DNA of 64,000 nt. Origin: Mustelus asterias (taxonomy: Eukaryota). Under the pieces are notes generated by a model, which searched no databases, was not told the origin of the DNA, and saw nothing but the letters and a program-made list of their open reading frames with translations. The first letter of the stretch is position 1. Each line of letters starts with the position of its first letter. Shown here piece after piece: positions 12,735 through 25,367 of the stretch. A program made the translations under genes and the position numbers. Location of the stretch: positions 71,424,001 through 71,488,000 of the forward strand of contig NC_135818.1 in assembly GCF_964213995.1 (NCBI RefSeq). Direction: 5' to 3'.

Positions 12735-13330
12735 TATGAAGATGGCAGGTCTGATGATGTGCGGCAGTTGCAAAATGTCCATGGACATCTGTGATCGAAA
12801 GTAAATATATCTACAGCGAGTGTCTGTAGCTCAAAAACATTGAAATGGAGTTTCAATGTCTTTGAGCTACATTCACTGCAACATATTCGGTCAGGGGTAA
12901 GTTACCTGGACACGTTGTTCCAGGAGGCAGTCACACCCCTTAGGATATGGTCACCTGGTCCACTGTCAGGGACAGGAGGGTGTGACTGCAGGCGTGGCAG
13001 GTAAGGGATCGAGAATATTGAAATGAAGGAGTCGTAACCTTTGCAACAGGTTTGAAGTGCTTGCAGCTTGTATGGACGAAAGAAAGCACTGCAGCGTGGA
13101 TAAACTAGCTGACCATGGCACGATGGTTCAGGAAGCCATTCAAGCAAAGGGACTTAATAAGAATGTACTGATAGTCGGGGACATTATAGTCATGGAGATA
13201 GTCACAATTATCTGATTTTGAAAAAGTCCAGAAAGCTGTTTTGCATTCCTGAAGTTCAGGACATCAGCTACATGCAGGATAGGAAATTGCAGTGGGAGCC
13301 AGAAGATCCAGTTGTTATGGCCCAGCAGAC
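12735..13330 (+). mobile_element. Old CR1 ORF1 relic
   Basis: MAG..MCGSCKM, SYLDTLFQEAVTP, L.NRF..L, VGD motifs with frameshifts. Confidence 0.65.
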
Positions 13331-13593
13331 GTGTTATGACCACATCAGATGTTAATTGCTGAGCAAATCATATCCCAGAAGATCTGATCGACTAAAGAGA
13401 GAAGAAAAGTCAAGAGAGCCAGTAGCACTAAGTAACTGATCAGAGTGTACAGGAAGGGACAGAATGCAGAAACCTAAGAACGTGCCAGCAAATAAAAACT
13501 AGGGGGCCGAATATTATGGCCCCATTTGTCCCGAAACCGTAAAATCCCACCCGAGATCAACGGACCTTTCCATGGAATGCATTAAGTTGATCT

Positions 13594-14200
13594 CAAGTTT
13601 TTAGGTGTCCAGATCACCAACAACCTGTCCTGGTCCCCCCATGCCGACACTATAGTTAACCCACCAATGCCTCTACTTTCTCAGAAGACTGAGGAAGTTT
13701 GGCATGTTAGCTATGACTCTCACCAAATTTTACTGATGCACCATAGGAAGCATCCTTTCTGGTTGTATTACAGCTTGGTATGGCTCCTGCTCTGCCCAAG
13801 ACCGCAATAAACTACAAAAGGTCGTGAATGTAGCCCAATCCATCACACAAACCAGCCTCCAATCCATTGACTCTGTCTACACTTCCCGCTGCCTCAGCAA
13901 AGCAGCCAGCATAATTAAGGACCCCATGCACTCCGGACATTCTCTCTTCCACCTTCTTCCTTCGGGAAAAAGATACAAAAGTCTGAGATCACGTACCAAC
14001 CGACTCAAGAACAGCTTCTTCCCTGCTGCTGTCAGACTTTTGAATGGACTTACCTTGCATTAAGTTGATCTTTCTCTACCTATGAGCCGAGCTATGACTG
14101 TAACACTCTCTCGTTTCCTTCTCTATGAACTGTGTCTGTATAGCGCGCAAGAAACAATATTTTTAATACATGTGACAATAATAAATCAAATCAAATCAAA
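13594..14200 (+). mobile_element. Rex1/Babar-like LINE 3' fragment
   Basis: KFLGVQITNNLSW, YFLRRLRKFG, SFFPAAVRLLN; (TCAAA)n tail. Confidence 0.88.
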
Positions 14201-14403
14201 ACATTTTCAAAGGCTTCATTTCTGGTGTTTGCTGAAATAAAGGCCTTTTATTCCTCTTGTGACTCTTCAACTCCCCCAGGTAGAACTCTTGAGCAAGTGG
14301 TTCCACCGTATTTAATAATATGCCATTAGGTCATTCACGCACTATTTCTTAACTGAGAGCTCTTGAGATAATTACATTCTGAATTCAGTTTAAAAAATTG
14401 TCA

Positions 14404-15477
14404 GGCAGAGTTCACGTATTGAACTCGGGTGAAAACTGGAGTATTTCACGCTGTTTTTTTCAGTGGGAGTTCAGAGGAGAATCTCCCACACTCTGTTCAC
14501 TGCAGAGACCACCAGCATGAATATCATTCAATTTCAGGGCGGGTCCTATCTCTGCTGGAGAGGCTGAAATCAGCTCACTGAGAGGGCCACTACACATGTG
14601 CCAATCTGTCAGTGCCGAGATTGGCGCATGTGCAGTGGCCCCGCAATGATGACCTCCCGATCACTGGCCAGCCTCACGACCTTCGCAATGTCAGCTCTCC
14701 ACCCCCCTCATGGCCCATACGCTGGCCTCCCAACCATTCCCGGGCCCAGCTCGACCACCCCCCCCACCATGGCTCACCACCATCTCCAGCCCCGCCCCCC
14801 TGCAGTCCCAACCACCCCCCCCTGCAGTGGCACCTACCCCAGCACCCTGACCGCCATTCCCCCACCCCGGCTAACTCCTTCCAGCCCACCCCGATCACTG
14901 GCCTCCCTCCTCCCCTACTAATCCCAACTGCAGAGTGGTAGCAGGACCCCCCACTGATTGCCCCCCTAGGCCCAGTCCCATCAGACACTGCCTCCTAGCC
15001 CCCCCCCCCCCACAAGCTCCTCCTTCCCATTTGCACTGCCCCATGCCCAGGGGGACCCAGGCCGGCACTGCCAGGGTGCCAATGTCCAGGGGGCACCAAC
15101 CCCCCTACTGCCTGATCCCCTGGGGGGGCTCAATTGCCCCCCCCTTCACTCCAGCTGGGTCGGGCCACTAGCTCCCCAAAAGTGGGGAGCTATTGTAAAC
15201 CCCGCTGGAGTGGAATACTCTGGCGGGGTGGGAGATGCGAGCGGGCCCGGAGACTTCAGTCCCGGGCCAGCTAATGATATTCAAATAATATTAAAATGAC
15301 CATTTAAATGGTCTGTGCGTCTCCCTGCCGATTTCCGGCATGAAGCAGAAGCCACCGGAAATCTGGTGCTGGGAGACACAAGCGGAGTGCGAATGCTCAT
15401 GCAAACCCCGCGAATTGGCTGCCGCGGGATTCTCCCGGCCTACTGCGCTAAGAGAATGGGATGGCAGAATCGCGGCC
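14404..15477. mobile_element. GC-rich non-autonomous Harbinger-like element
   Basis: Termini GGCAGAGTT / AGAATCGCGGCC; homologous to 1-880. Confidence 0.6.
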
Positions 15478-15879
15478 ATCTTATTTTGTGCAGTGCATAG
15501 ATAAACAACAAAACAATAATCCCCCCCAGTGAATTGTAGGAGCCTCGGGTGGAACTGAATCTAGGTGACGGCATCTGGCCTACCATCTGAAGAGTCGGGG
15601 AGAGCCTGATATTGCATCTTTCTGGGAAGGTCCTCCCAATTGATTACCATTCCGACACTTAACATGGCAATACTGAGCCTTCCCTGGGATCAAGGGTCAT
15701 GGGGCGGATGTACCGTCTGCCAGGAGCTGCTGGCCAATCAGAGATGGAAGCCTCCTCATCTCCCTCCCTGCCAATTAATTGCCCCCTTGCCCCAAAATTC
15801 ACCATGGGGGGAGGGCCCACATTGGTCTTTGTTAACCTTTTGGATGTGCCAGTTGAAGCGTTTGCAGTCTGTTTGTATA

Positions 15880-17232
15880 ATTCTAGCCAATTTACTTTCA
15901 TAATCCATTTTCTCTGTCTTTTATCAGTTTCTTGGCTCTCCCCTTGCTGAATTCTAAAATGCTCTCAATTCTCAGGCTTACTACATTTTTTAGGCAACTT
16001 AATAGGCCTCTTCCTTTGATCTAATGCCATCCTTAACTTCACTTGTTCGCCATGGTTGGATTGCTTTTCCTTCTGGGGTTTTGTACCTCAAAGGAATGTA
16101 AGTTTGTTGTAGATCATGTAATAATTCATGAAGTGCTAGCCATTGTCTGTCTACTGTCATACCATTTAATGTAACTTCCCAACACACCACAGCCAATTTG
16201 ACCCTCTTACCTTCGTAATTTCCTTTGCTTAGATTACAGTCTCCCGGTTTGGGATTGCATGACATCACTTATTATAAAATCCCATCATATTATGGTCATT
16301 AAAGTCTCCTTTACAACAAGATTATTAATTAGCTCTTTCTCATTGCACAATATTAGATCTAACGTAGCCTGTTCTCTAGTTGGTTCCTCAACAGACTGTT
16401 CTAGAAAACCACATTGTAAACATTCCAGGAATTTGTCCGCCACAGGTTAGGACAAATTCCAAATGTAGGTTTCCCCAGTTCATATTTAGATTGAAGTCCC
16501 CAGTGATCACTATACGCATTACCCTCTAATATCCTAATTTACACAATTGCCACCGATCTTTGGTGGCCTATAAACAACCCGTGCCAATGTTTGCTGCCCT
16601 CTGCTGTTTCTTAACTCCACCCAAACTGTTTTGACACCTTGATCTTCTGATCTAAGGTCCTTAGATCAGAAGAAGGCGGCACGGTAGCACAGTGGTTAGC
16701 ACTGCTGTTTCACAGCTCCAGGGACCTGGGTTCGATTCCCGGCTTGGGTCACTGTCTGTGTGGAGTTTGCACATTCTCTTCGTGTCTGCGTGGGTTTCCT
16801 CCGGGTGCTCCGGTTTCCTCCCACAGTCCAAAGATGTGCGGGTTAGGTTGATTGGCCATGGTAAAATTGCCCCTTAGTGTCCTGGGATGCGTAGATTAGA
16901 GGGATTAGCGGGTAAAATATGTAGGGATATGGGGGTAGGGCCTGGGTGGGATTGTGGTCGGTGCAGACTTGATGGGCCGAATGGCCTCTTTCTGTACTGC
17001 AGGGTTTCTATGATTTCTCACGACTGTACTGATCATATCCTTTATTAGCAGCACTACCCCTTCTTATTTTGCCTATTCTTCTCAATGCTGAATGCTCCTG
17101 AATATTCAGTCCCAAGTCTTGAATACCCCACAACCATGACTCTGTAACGGCAATCAGTATAGATCTGCTTCCTTTTACTTATGCTGCCAATTCACCGAGC
17201 TTGTTGTGAATAATCCATGCACTCACATAGAG
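15880..17232 (-). mobile_element. Old CR1 ORF2 (endonuclease region) relic split by a SINE
   Basis: GDFNL, LEQ.VEEPTREQA.LDL, PW.T.EVKD.IRSKEEAY motifs. Confidence 0.75.
16675..17017 (+). mobile_element. HE1-type V-SINE inserted in a CR1 relic
   Basis: Full head GGCGGCACGGTAGCACAGTGG through the GGTTTCTATGA tail. Confidence 0.9.
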
Positions 17233-17271
17233 GGCAGGATTTTCCGACCGCACTCACCCTCGCCATTCTCC

Positions 17272-17469
17272 CGCTGTCTGCCTGGGTTTCCTCTGGGTGC
17301 TCCGGTTTCCTCCCACAGTCCAAAGATGTGTGGGTTAGGTTGATCAGCCATGCTGAATAGGCCCTAGTGTCAAGTGCATTAGCGCAGTAAGTATGTGGGG
17401 TTACCGGGATAGGGCCTGGCTGAGATTCGATGGGCTGATTGGCCTCCTTCTGCACTGTAGGGATTCTAC
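17272..17469 (+). mobile_element. 5'-truncated HE1-type V-SINE inside a MITE
   Basis: V-domain and tail only. Confidence 0.8.
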
Positions 17470-17627
17470 GAAATTGGAAAATCCTGCCCCAGGTCAATGG
17501 GCCTTTGTATGAACCGTGTCGCCCCACCAACTTGAATTCCCTCTATTTATTATTTTTGCAACCTCTAGGTCGAAATTTTACTATTCAGCCTGCCACTGGA
17601 ATCGGAGCGGGCGAGGAGCGGACCATG

Positions 17628-17955
17628 GAAAGGATGTTTCCACTAGTAGGAAAAACTAGAACCAGAGGGTACAACCTCAGGCTAAAGGGACAATCCTTTA
17701 AAATGATATGAGGAGGAATTTCTTCAGTCAGAGAGTGATGAATCTGTGGGACTCTTTGCCGCAGAAGGCTACGGAGGCTGGGCCATTGAGTGTATTTAAG
17801 ACAGAGAGATAGGTTCTTGATTAATAAGGGGATCAGGGGCTATGGGGAAAAGGCAGGAGAATGGGGATGAGAAAATATCAGCCATGATTGAATGGTGGAG
17901 CAGACTCGATGGGCCGAGTGGCCTACTTCTGCTCCTAAGTCTTATGGTCTTATGA
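17628..17955 (+). mobile_element. CR1 3' end
   Basis: ERMFPLVGKTRTRG; (TCTTATGG) tail. Confidence 0.85.
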
Positions 17956-19341
17956 TGGACAGAGTGGTCTCCTTCTGTGCCATATATTTTTTTACAACTT
18001 AAGTTTAAATTTGTTTATTAGTGTCACAAGTAGGCTTAAATTAACACTGCTTTGATATTACTGTGAAAGTCTTTCTGAACTTACTGAATATCTGGGAAGG
18101 AGGAATGTGCAGGGATGTGGGGAGAGGGCAGGGATATGGCAGCACGTGAACTGCGCCGCGGGAGAGCCAGTATGGACACGATGGGCTGAATGGGCGTTCT
18201 CCTGTGCTGTAACAATTCTATGAAGCTCCGCAAATAAAAACTGACAGAACTGTGACTTCTAACCACTGGTTAAGTCTTGTTGGAAAATACATGTCTGAGA
18301 GTGGTTTTAATAAATACATGGCTAAGCCCCCAATAAAGAATAAGTAAATACATTGCATTCTCTCGATATTACATAAATAAATGCATTTCGAGGACTGCGG
18401 GTTTATGTAAAATGAGCCGTTCACATCATAACTGTCACAATGCAGTCAGAACCACTCACTGCCTTATTTTCCCCTGACATATATCATCACCATCAAATTT
18501 CAGAAGACGCACCTTCTAGTAGATTACTGGGTAACACATTGCAACATGCACTGTTAGGATAAGCATAGCTTTGATCTAATGAAAACAAAGGGACACTGTT
18601 TCTTTAATTAAACTGAGCTGCGGCGAACTCGGCTTTTGCAAGTTATCTTCTGAGGTCGCAAGTAATTTTAGTCTGTGGACATCTAGAGACTGGCGGATGC
18701 TGACGTACTCTCCAACCCATCGAGCTGTTCCCCACAGCAAATGACTGAATTAATCCTATTTTTCTGCATTCACTGGGCCTGTTGCAAAATCCAATCGAAG
18801 AGGCAACACCCTCATTGATGGTTCATCTTTAAAACAGATCAATTGGCCCTGTGCAATCCCTCTTGGGGGTGGAAAATGGAATGAAAATCTCTGATTAAAT
18901 GTGATAAATATGCAATGGCCGCATACAAAATTGGCAGAGTTCAGTTGAGTCTTTGTTGAGATTTTCTCTCGGTAAGGCCAGTGGATGATGAATCAAATTA
19001 CAACAAGGGGGGAGGAAGGGCCAGTGGAGTCATTCACCTTGGTCAACGGACACAGGATTTACAGACTGCTGCTGTAAAGTCAGTTTCCGGCTCTTTTGCT
19101 GGAGAGTTTTCATTGCGTACAGGAACTGATTCTCATTTGTTGCTACGGGTTCCCATCCGCCAATGGATTCTGCTCCCCTGCTGCTGAATAACCTTTACTT
19201 CCCATTGCCATTCTCTACTGGTGCACTGGCCAGTACGTGCATTTACATGCATCACCAAACAGGGGCACCATCACTCATCTCCGCCGTGCCCCTGGATTCA
19301 CCCTCTGCTGGAAGATGACCTGTTCTCCATTTACCCATGCG

Positions 19342-19471
19342 CCCACTTTCTGAGACAAGTGTGGAGGGCAATAGAGTCCAGGAGATCTTTGAGGACCAGG
19401 GTATTTGAGGACCCTGGTCCTCAAAGATCTCCTGGACTCTATTGCCCTCCACACTTGTCTCAGAAAGTGGG
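19342..19471. repeat. Perfect 61-bp inverted repeat with 8-nt spacer
   Basis: 19342-19402 is the exact reverse complement of 19411-19471. Confidence 0.95.
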
Positions 19472-19702
19472 TATTAGTCTGTCAGTGCTTTAGGCTGAAT
19501 TTGTCTGAATTATCTGTCAACTTCAACCTGCCACAGGAGTTTGGATTTTTAAAAATTAATTTGTGGGACATGGGTGTCGCTGGGTGGGCAGCATTTATTG
19601 CCCATCCCTAGTTGCCCTTGTCCAGAGGGCAGTTGAGAGTCAACCACATTGTTGTTGGTCTGGAGTCACATGGAAATAAAAATACTATCAATAAAAGTCA
19701 TA

Positions 19703-19830
19703 GGCCGGAATTTTACCACCCTGCCTGCCGCGGGAATCGGAGTGGGCGAGGGGCGGAGAATGGAAAGGTCCATTGACTTCGGATGGGGTTTTTACAGTTT
19801 CGGGGCAAGCCAGCCTGTAAAATCCCACCC
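19703..19830. mobile_element. About 128-bp MITE
   Basis: TIR GGCCGGAATTTT/AAAATCCCACCC; TSD ATA; related copies at about 4913-5039, 11118-11244, 30066-30191, 49132-49234. Confidence 0.75.
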
Positions 19831-20046
19831 ATAGTGTCATAGAGTTATACAGCACAGAAAAAGGCCCTTCAGCCCATCGTGTATGCACCAGTCAGAGCTC
19901 ATGAATTATCGTATGAATCCAACTGATATATTGAAATTCTCGATGGAAAAACTCCTGCTGTTCTTCCCCACCCTGGTCGAGATGTGACGCTGTCCCTTGT
20001 CAACATAATTGGTTCTTAATTATACTCAGTTGTATTTAACTGCAGT

Positions 20047-20226
20047 CATAGAAATCATAGAAACCCTACAGTACAGAAAGAGGCCATTCGGCCCATCGAG
20101 TCTGCACCGACCACAATCCCACCCAGGCCCTACCCCCATATCTACCCACTAATCCCTCCAACCTACGCATCTCAGGACACTAAGGGCAATTTTTAGCATG
20201 GCCAATCAACCTAACCCGCACATCTT
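20047..20226 (-). mobile_element. 5'-truncated HE1-type V-SINE
   Basis: 3' half and tail. Confidence 0.85.
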
Positions 20227-20761
20227 CCAAGAGGAAGATCCAACATTATCTCAGAGCAACCAGAGATTGACAATACATGCTGGCCTCCTCGGTGTTGTCC
20301 AAATTCCAAGAATGAATTAATAAAGCATTTTGTAGTTCTCCGAAAGCTGCTTGTTACTGACTCTTCCTGAGCAGCACCTCCAAATGCTCCCTGCTCTTCT
20401 CCTGCCAGTTTTCCCAAACAGTCCACGGCCGGAATTTACCAGCCATTTACGCTCTGCCACCACTACAAGCGAAGATGGAGAATTTGGTGCTCAGCCAAAC
20501 CTCCGTTCACGGCAGCAGGACCAGAGAATCCCGCCAGCGTGAACGGCTGGAAAATTCTGCCCCATATCTTTCTCAAGAGTGTTTGATCGCTTGCAAACAT
20601 GGACATTGTCATCCATGTGCTTATTGTGTATCATTGCGTTGACATCAGGGCCTCGACAAAACTTGGCTCACTGAAGATGATACTTTGCTTCTTACTGAAG
20701 GCTCTCTGCCTGACGTTACCTTCCAATAACAGCCCCACTCAAACAGTTGCAGTATAGTCAT

Positions 20762-21082
20762 GGGCGGCACGCTGGCACAGTGGTTAGCACTGCTGCCTCA
20801 CAGCACCAGGGACCCAGGTTCAATTGCAGCCTCAGGTCACGGTCTGTGTGGAGTTTACAAGTTCTCCCCGTATCTGTGTGGGTTTTCCCTGGGTGCTCCA
20901 GTTTCCTCCCACAGTCCAAAGATGTGCAGGTTAGGTTGATTGGCCATGCTAAATTGACCCCAGTATCGGGGGATTAGCAGGGTAAATGTGTGATGTTATG
21001 AGAATAGGACCTGGGTGGGCTTGTGGTCGGTACAGACTTGATGGGCCGAATGGCCTCCTTCTGCATCGTAGGGATTCTATGA
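20762..21082 (+). mobile_element. HE1-type V-SINE, CR1-type tail
   Basis: Head, V-domain and tail motifs. Confidence 0.9.
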
Positions 21083-22405
21083 TAATTAGCAAATCTCACC
21101 TTGAACCTCTTTCCTATTCTTCTGGCAGTTACTTCCTTTGAGCATCCCAACCTGTTCTGCTCATCTTGCCTCTCCAACAAAATCCTTGCTTTCTACCATG
21201 CAAACAATTGTCATCCTATGAATGGATTTTAATGTTTGCGATGTCTGGAGAACTGGTAGGAGCTCCATATTACCTGCGCTGGTTATGGCACACAGGTATT
21301 AAGTGTTCTTTCAGCACTTAAGTGGCCCTATCATGCCTTCCCCTGGATTAACTCCTCTGGGTAGAAATCTCATCCCACACCCCTCCTCCCTAATAGTCAT
21401 AGAATTATAAACTAGTACGGTACAAAAGGAAGCTATTCAGCCCATGGTGTCTGTGCATCAGATGCCAGCAGCCCTCTATTGCCAATAGTGCCATCAGGAA
21501 TAGTGGCAGCTGCTGGTATTGCACTCACCAGAGGCCCATGTTCAATAAGGAATCCGGGTCAAAGGTGAGTGAGGACAAGATAGAGGTTGGGGGGTGGGGG
21601 TGGGTGAAGGAGGGAATGGAGATCAGAAACAACAACAGGACGGAGGATTTCATTGCCAATCCTCTCCCCCTTTCCGATGTCCAGTCTTTCAGTGAACCAC
21701 TGGGTGCTTTTGAACATGGGCTCACCTCTCCCCACAAAAAGGGTTTGTTTTTGGGCTTCCTGTGTGGTGAATCCCCTTGCCTATCATTGAGTGAATACCA
21801 GCAGTGACAGCAGAATGAGGCCCTGAAGTGTGCAGTAATTACCTACCTGGGGCCCTCAACCAGTGGCCTGGTGGGAAGGTCATCCATTGGCTTTCCTGCC
21901 CCAGAATTAATAAGGCAGAGGCAGGGAGGTAGTGGGGTCCTGAACTCGCACCTTCTCGTATGACTATCTGCCCTCCTCCAGAAAAATCATCACTGGGGTT
22001 GGGGGGGAGTAAATTCTGCCCAATGTCCTTTGCAGAGGTATCCTCACTTCTTTCCTCCCTCTGTCTCTGAAACGTGGTGACTTCTCATTATCTCTAATCT
22101 CTGAGGCATCTCAAACTCTTGTTGTCATATATTGGTGACACTGTCTTGAGTCACAGGGGACCTAAGCGCTGGAATCCTTCCTTAAAGTCTCCACCCTCCA
22201 TTGTCTTCACTAACCAAGCTTTACACCACTCAGGGTGTTATCCCCAACTTGGGCTCAGTCTTGGTCTGACTGAACGCACCTTGGGTTGATTTCTTTTATT
22301 AAAAACACAAAAGTAATGTGTGTTGTTGTTTATTATCAATAACCAATACTTTGCTTTGGTGTTGTTTTCCTTTTTTGCTCTCCTTTTTAATTGTGTCTGT
22401 CGTTT

Positions 22406-22757
22406 ATCATTGAATCTTAACAGTGCAAAAGGAGGCCATTTGGCCCATCGAGTCTGCATTGACTCTCTGACAGAGCATTTTATCCAGGCCCAACCCCCAC
22501 CCCATTCCCTTAACCACATGCATTTATTCTTCTAATCTCTTTAAACCATACATTGGGTCACTAAGGGGCAATTTAGCCTGGCCAATCCACCGAACTTCCA
22601 CATCTTTGCAGCGTGGGAGGAAACCAGAGCACCCAAAGGAAACCCACGCAGACACCGGGAGAATGTGTAAACTCCGCACAATCACCCAAGGCTGGAATCA
22701 AACCCGGGTCCCTGGGGCTGTGAGACAACAGTGCTAACCACTGTGCCACCGTGCGGC
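22406..22757 (-). mobile_element. HE1-type V-SINE, older variant
   Basis: Head, V-domain and tail motifs. Confidence 0.85.
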
Positions 22758-23126
22758 CCATTTAACTTCCATTTTCATTACCATTTTACTTCCTGCACTC
22801 CTGCTTATTTTTCAATCTCCCTCATTGTTTTTCCAACTCTTTCTTCTCCGTTCCATTGTATGATCTTGAATGTTCCTATCTGTTGTTCATTTTTTTTGTT
22901 TCTTCCCTCGGTGTCTCACTCCTTTGTCTCTTTTCCTGCTCCCTTTGCTATCACTCCTTCTGTCCCCTGCTGACCTGGCCTGAGATAAGCAGCGTGCGAT
23001 ACGACAAAGGGACTGCCAAGATTGCAAAGCTCGAATTGTATTCGGTCCAAGAGTCTCAGTGGCATTTTCCCAGTTTTCACAGGCACAGAAAATCTTGAAG
23101 ATTACCAAGAGAGCAGGAATTCTCAC

Positions 23127-23256
23127 CAGGAATCCAATATAATACACAAATCTCCAGAGAACTGAAAGACTGCAGCAGCATAGGTTATGGGCAATGAGGC
23201 AAGTTGGAATCCGCAGAGAAATTTTACATGTCCCAGCGTCTGTCCCAAGGTATATC
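23127..23256 (-). other. Candidate spliced exon (130 nt), phase-compatible with 25724-25821
   Basis: Acceptor cttctcgcag, donor CTG/gtgag. Confidence 0.3.
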
Positions 23257-23834
23257 CTGCGAGAAGTACATTTTTGCTGAATATTGAAATTAAAAAGGTT
23301 AGAAATCCCAATTGCTGCATAACCTGAATACCGCTGTTTTTAAAAATAAGTCATACACGATTGGAAGTTTTGTCCCTCACGTTTGAAGATTTCAACTGGG
23401 ATAAAACTAACGAGTTACAGCGTATGATATTCTTTTATCTGCCGAATGCATGAAATGTTCACCTTCAGCCAGAGTCCCAGGGTACTACTCATGAACATAG
23501 CAGTTACTGTGATTTTCTGAATGCGATGACCTTACTGCCAAAGATAACGCTGCTGAATTGAAAGAACTTGCTGTGGTCCATTAACAGCACAGTTGAAGCT
23601 CTCAAATCGATTGTCTAATGGATGCCACACTGTAACTACCCTGTTGCCCTCGTGTCTGGCAGCTGGCAAAGCAGGTTTTGATCTCTGCCCTTTTCTCCAG
23701 ACCAGGAAAGGAAAAGTTATTTCTACATTGCTACGTTTATGAAATTCTCATTCTTGCTTTTTTTCCCCCGTGCTGCAATGGAATTAAATGTCAAATTGCC
23801 CATAGGATTATTGTTGCTGCAATCTGAGATTTGT

Positions 23835-24128
23835 GCAGTAGTGTAGTGGTATTGTCACTGGACTAGTAATCCAGAGATAAAAAACATCTGGAATTAAGAA
23901 TTTAGTGATGACCATGAAACTCCTGTCGATTGTCGGAAAAATCTATCTGGTTCACTAATATCCTTTAGGGAAGGAAATCTGTCATCCTTATCTGGTCTGG
24001 CCTATATGTGACTCCAAACCCACAACAGTGTGATTGACTCGCAACTACCCTCCAAGGGCAAGTTGGGATGGGCAATAAATGCTGACCAGCCAACGACGCC
24101 CATGTCCTACAAATGAATTTTTAAAAAA
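23835..24128 (+). mobile_element. Second tRNA-derived SINE family (GGGCAATAAATGCTGG...ATGAAT tail)
   Basis: A-box TAGTGTAGTGGTA, body GGAAGGAAATCTG..CCTGGTCTGGCCTAC, LINE-like tail; repeated elsewhere in the window. Confidence 0.75.
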
Positions 24129-24323
24129 GCAAAATACTGCGGACGGCGGAATCGGAAACAAAAACAGAAAATGCTGGAAAAGCTCAGCAGGTCTGACAGC
24201 ATTTGTGGAGCGAGAATAGAGGCAACATTGTGAGTCTGGATGACCCTTCAGACTCGCAACATGGGCTCTATTCTCTCTCCACAGATTCTGTCAGACCTGC
24301 TGAGATTTTCCAGCATTTTCTGT
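24129..24323. mobile_element. Second Penelope-like palindromic terminal-repeat family
   Basis: CAGAAAATGCTGGAAA..CTCAGCAGGTCTGACAG arm and its inverted copy; related single arms at about 2798-2883 and 27551-27631. Confidence 0.65.
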
Positions 24324-24329
24324 TGTAGT

Positions 24330-24715
24330 ACTCCAGCGACCCAGGATAATGCTCTGGGGACCCAGGTTTGAATCCCACCACGCCAGATGGTGGAATTTGA
24401 AATCAGTAAAATAATCTAGAAATATAAGTCTAATGATGACCATTTTAGATTGTTGGATAAACCCATCTGATTCACTGATGTCCTTGAGAGAAGGAAATCT
24501 TTTGTCCTTACCTGGTCTGGCCTACACGTGACACCAAATCCACAACAATGTGGTTGACTCTCAACTGTCCTCAGGCAACTAAGGATGGGCAATAAATGCT
24601 GGCCAGTCAGCAACGCCCATGTCCCACAAATGGATAAAACTACTCGATTTCAAATGCCCTCAGGCACAAATGCCCTCAGCCAGCGACACCCGCATCCCAT
24701 GAACAATTTTTAAAA
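24330..24715 (+). mobile_element. Second tRNA-derived SINE family copy with duplicated tail
   Basis: B-box GGTTTGAATCC, same body and tail. Confidence 0.75.
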
Positions 24716-25013
24716 CAACTTTCTCTACTGATACAAATAAATAACGGAGATAGCCAGTTAACCCTCCAATTCCCTAAGCAACTGTTCTCTGATGACACAT
24801 CTTGTTGTTGCAGCAGGCTAGCTAAAGAAAGAACTCCTCACCATCACAATGGTATTTCTTTCACCCAAAATTGAGTGAGGCATTGAGCTTGCTCTGGGGG
24901 CTACGACCGTACAAATGCTGAATGCATTTGCCCAAAAGTGTTCCTTCTGCTACTGCAGCAAAGGACTTCAAAAATTGACGGGTAGAAGCCTCAGCTAGAT
25001 TAGCGGACAATAT

Positions 25014-25367
25014 TTGATTTGATTTGATTTATTATTGTCACATGTATTGGCATACAGTGAAAAGTATTGTTTCTTGCGTGCTATACAGACAAAGCATATC
25101 GTACAAAAGGAAGGAAAGGAGAGAGTGCAGAATGTAGTGTTACAGTCATAGCTAGGGTGTAGAGAAAGATCAACTTAATATAAGGTAGGTCCATTCAAAA
25201 ATCTGATGGCAGCAGGGAAGAAGCTGCTCTTGAGTCGGTTGGTATGTGACCTCAGAATTTTGTATCTTTTTCCCGATGGAAGAAAGTGAAAGAGGGTATG
25301 TCCAGGGTGCTTAATTATGCTGGCTGCTTTTCCGAGACAGCAGGAAGTGTAGACAGAGTCAATGGAT
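25014..25367 (-). mobile_element. Rex1/Babar-like LINE 3' fragment
   Basis: Same C-terminal motifs and (ATTTG)n tail. Confidence 0.85.

Noticed and set aside
16675-16750. tRNA genes
   Set aside because: The A/B-box sequences are SINE heads continuing into V-domain bodies; no intact cloverleaf.
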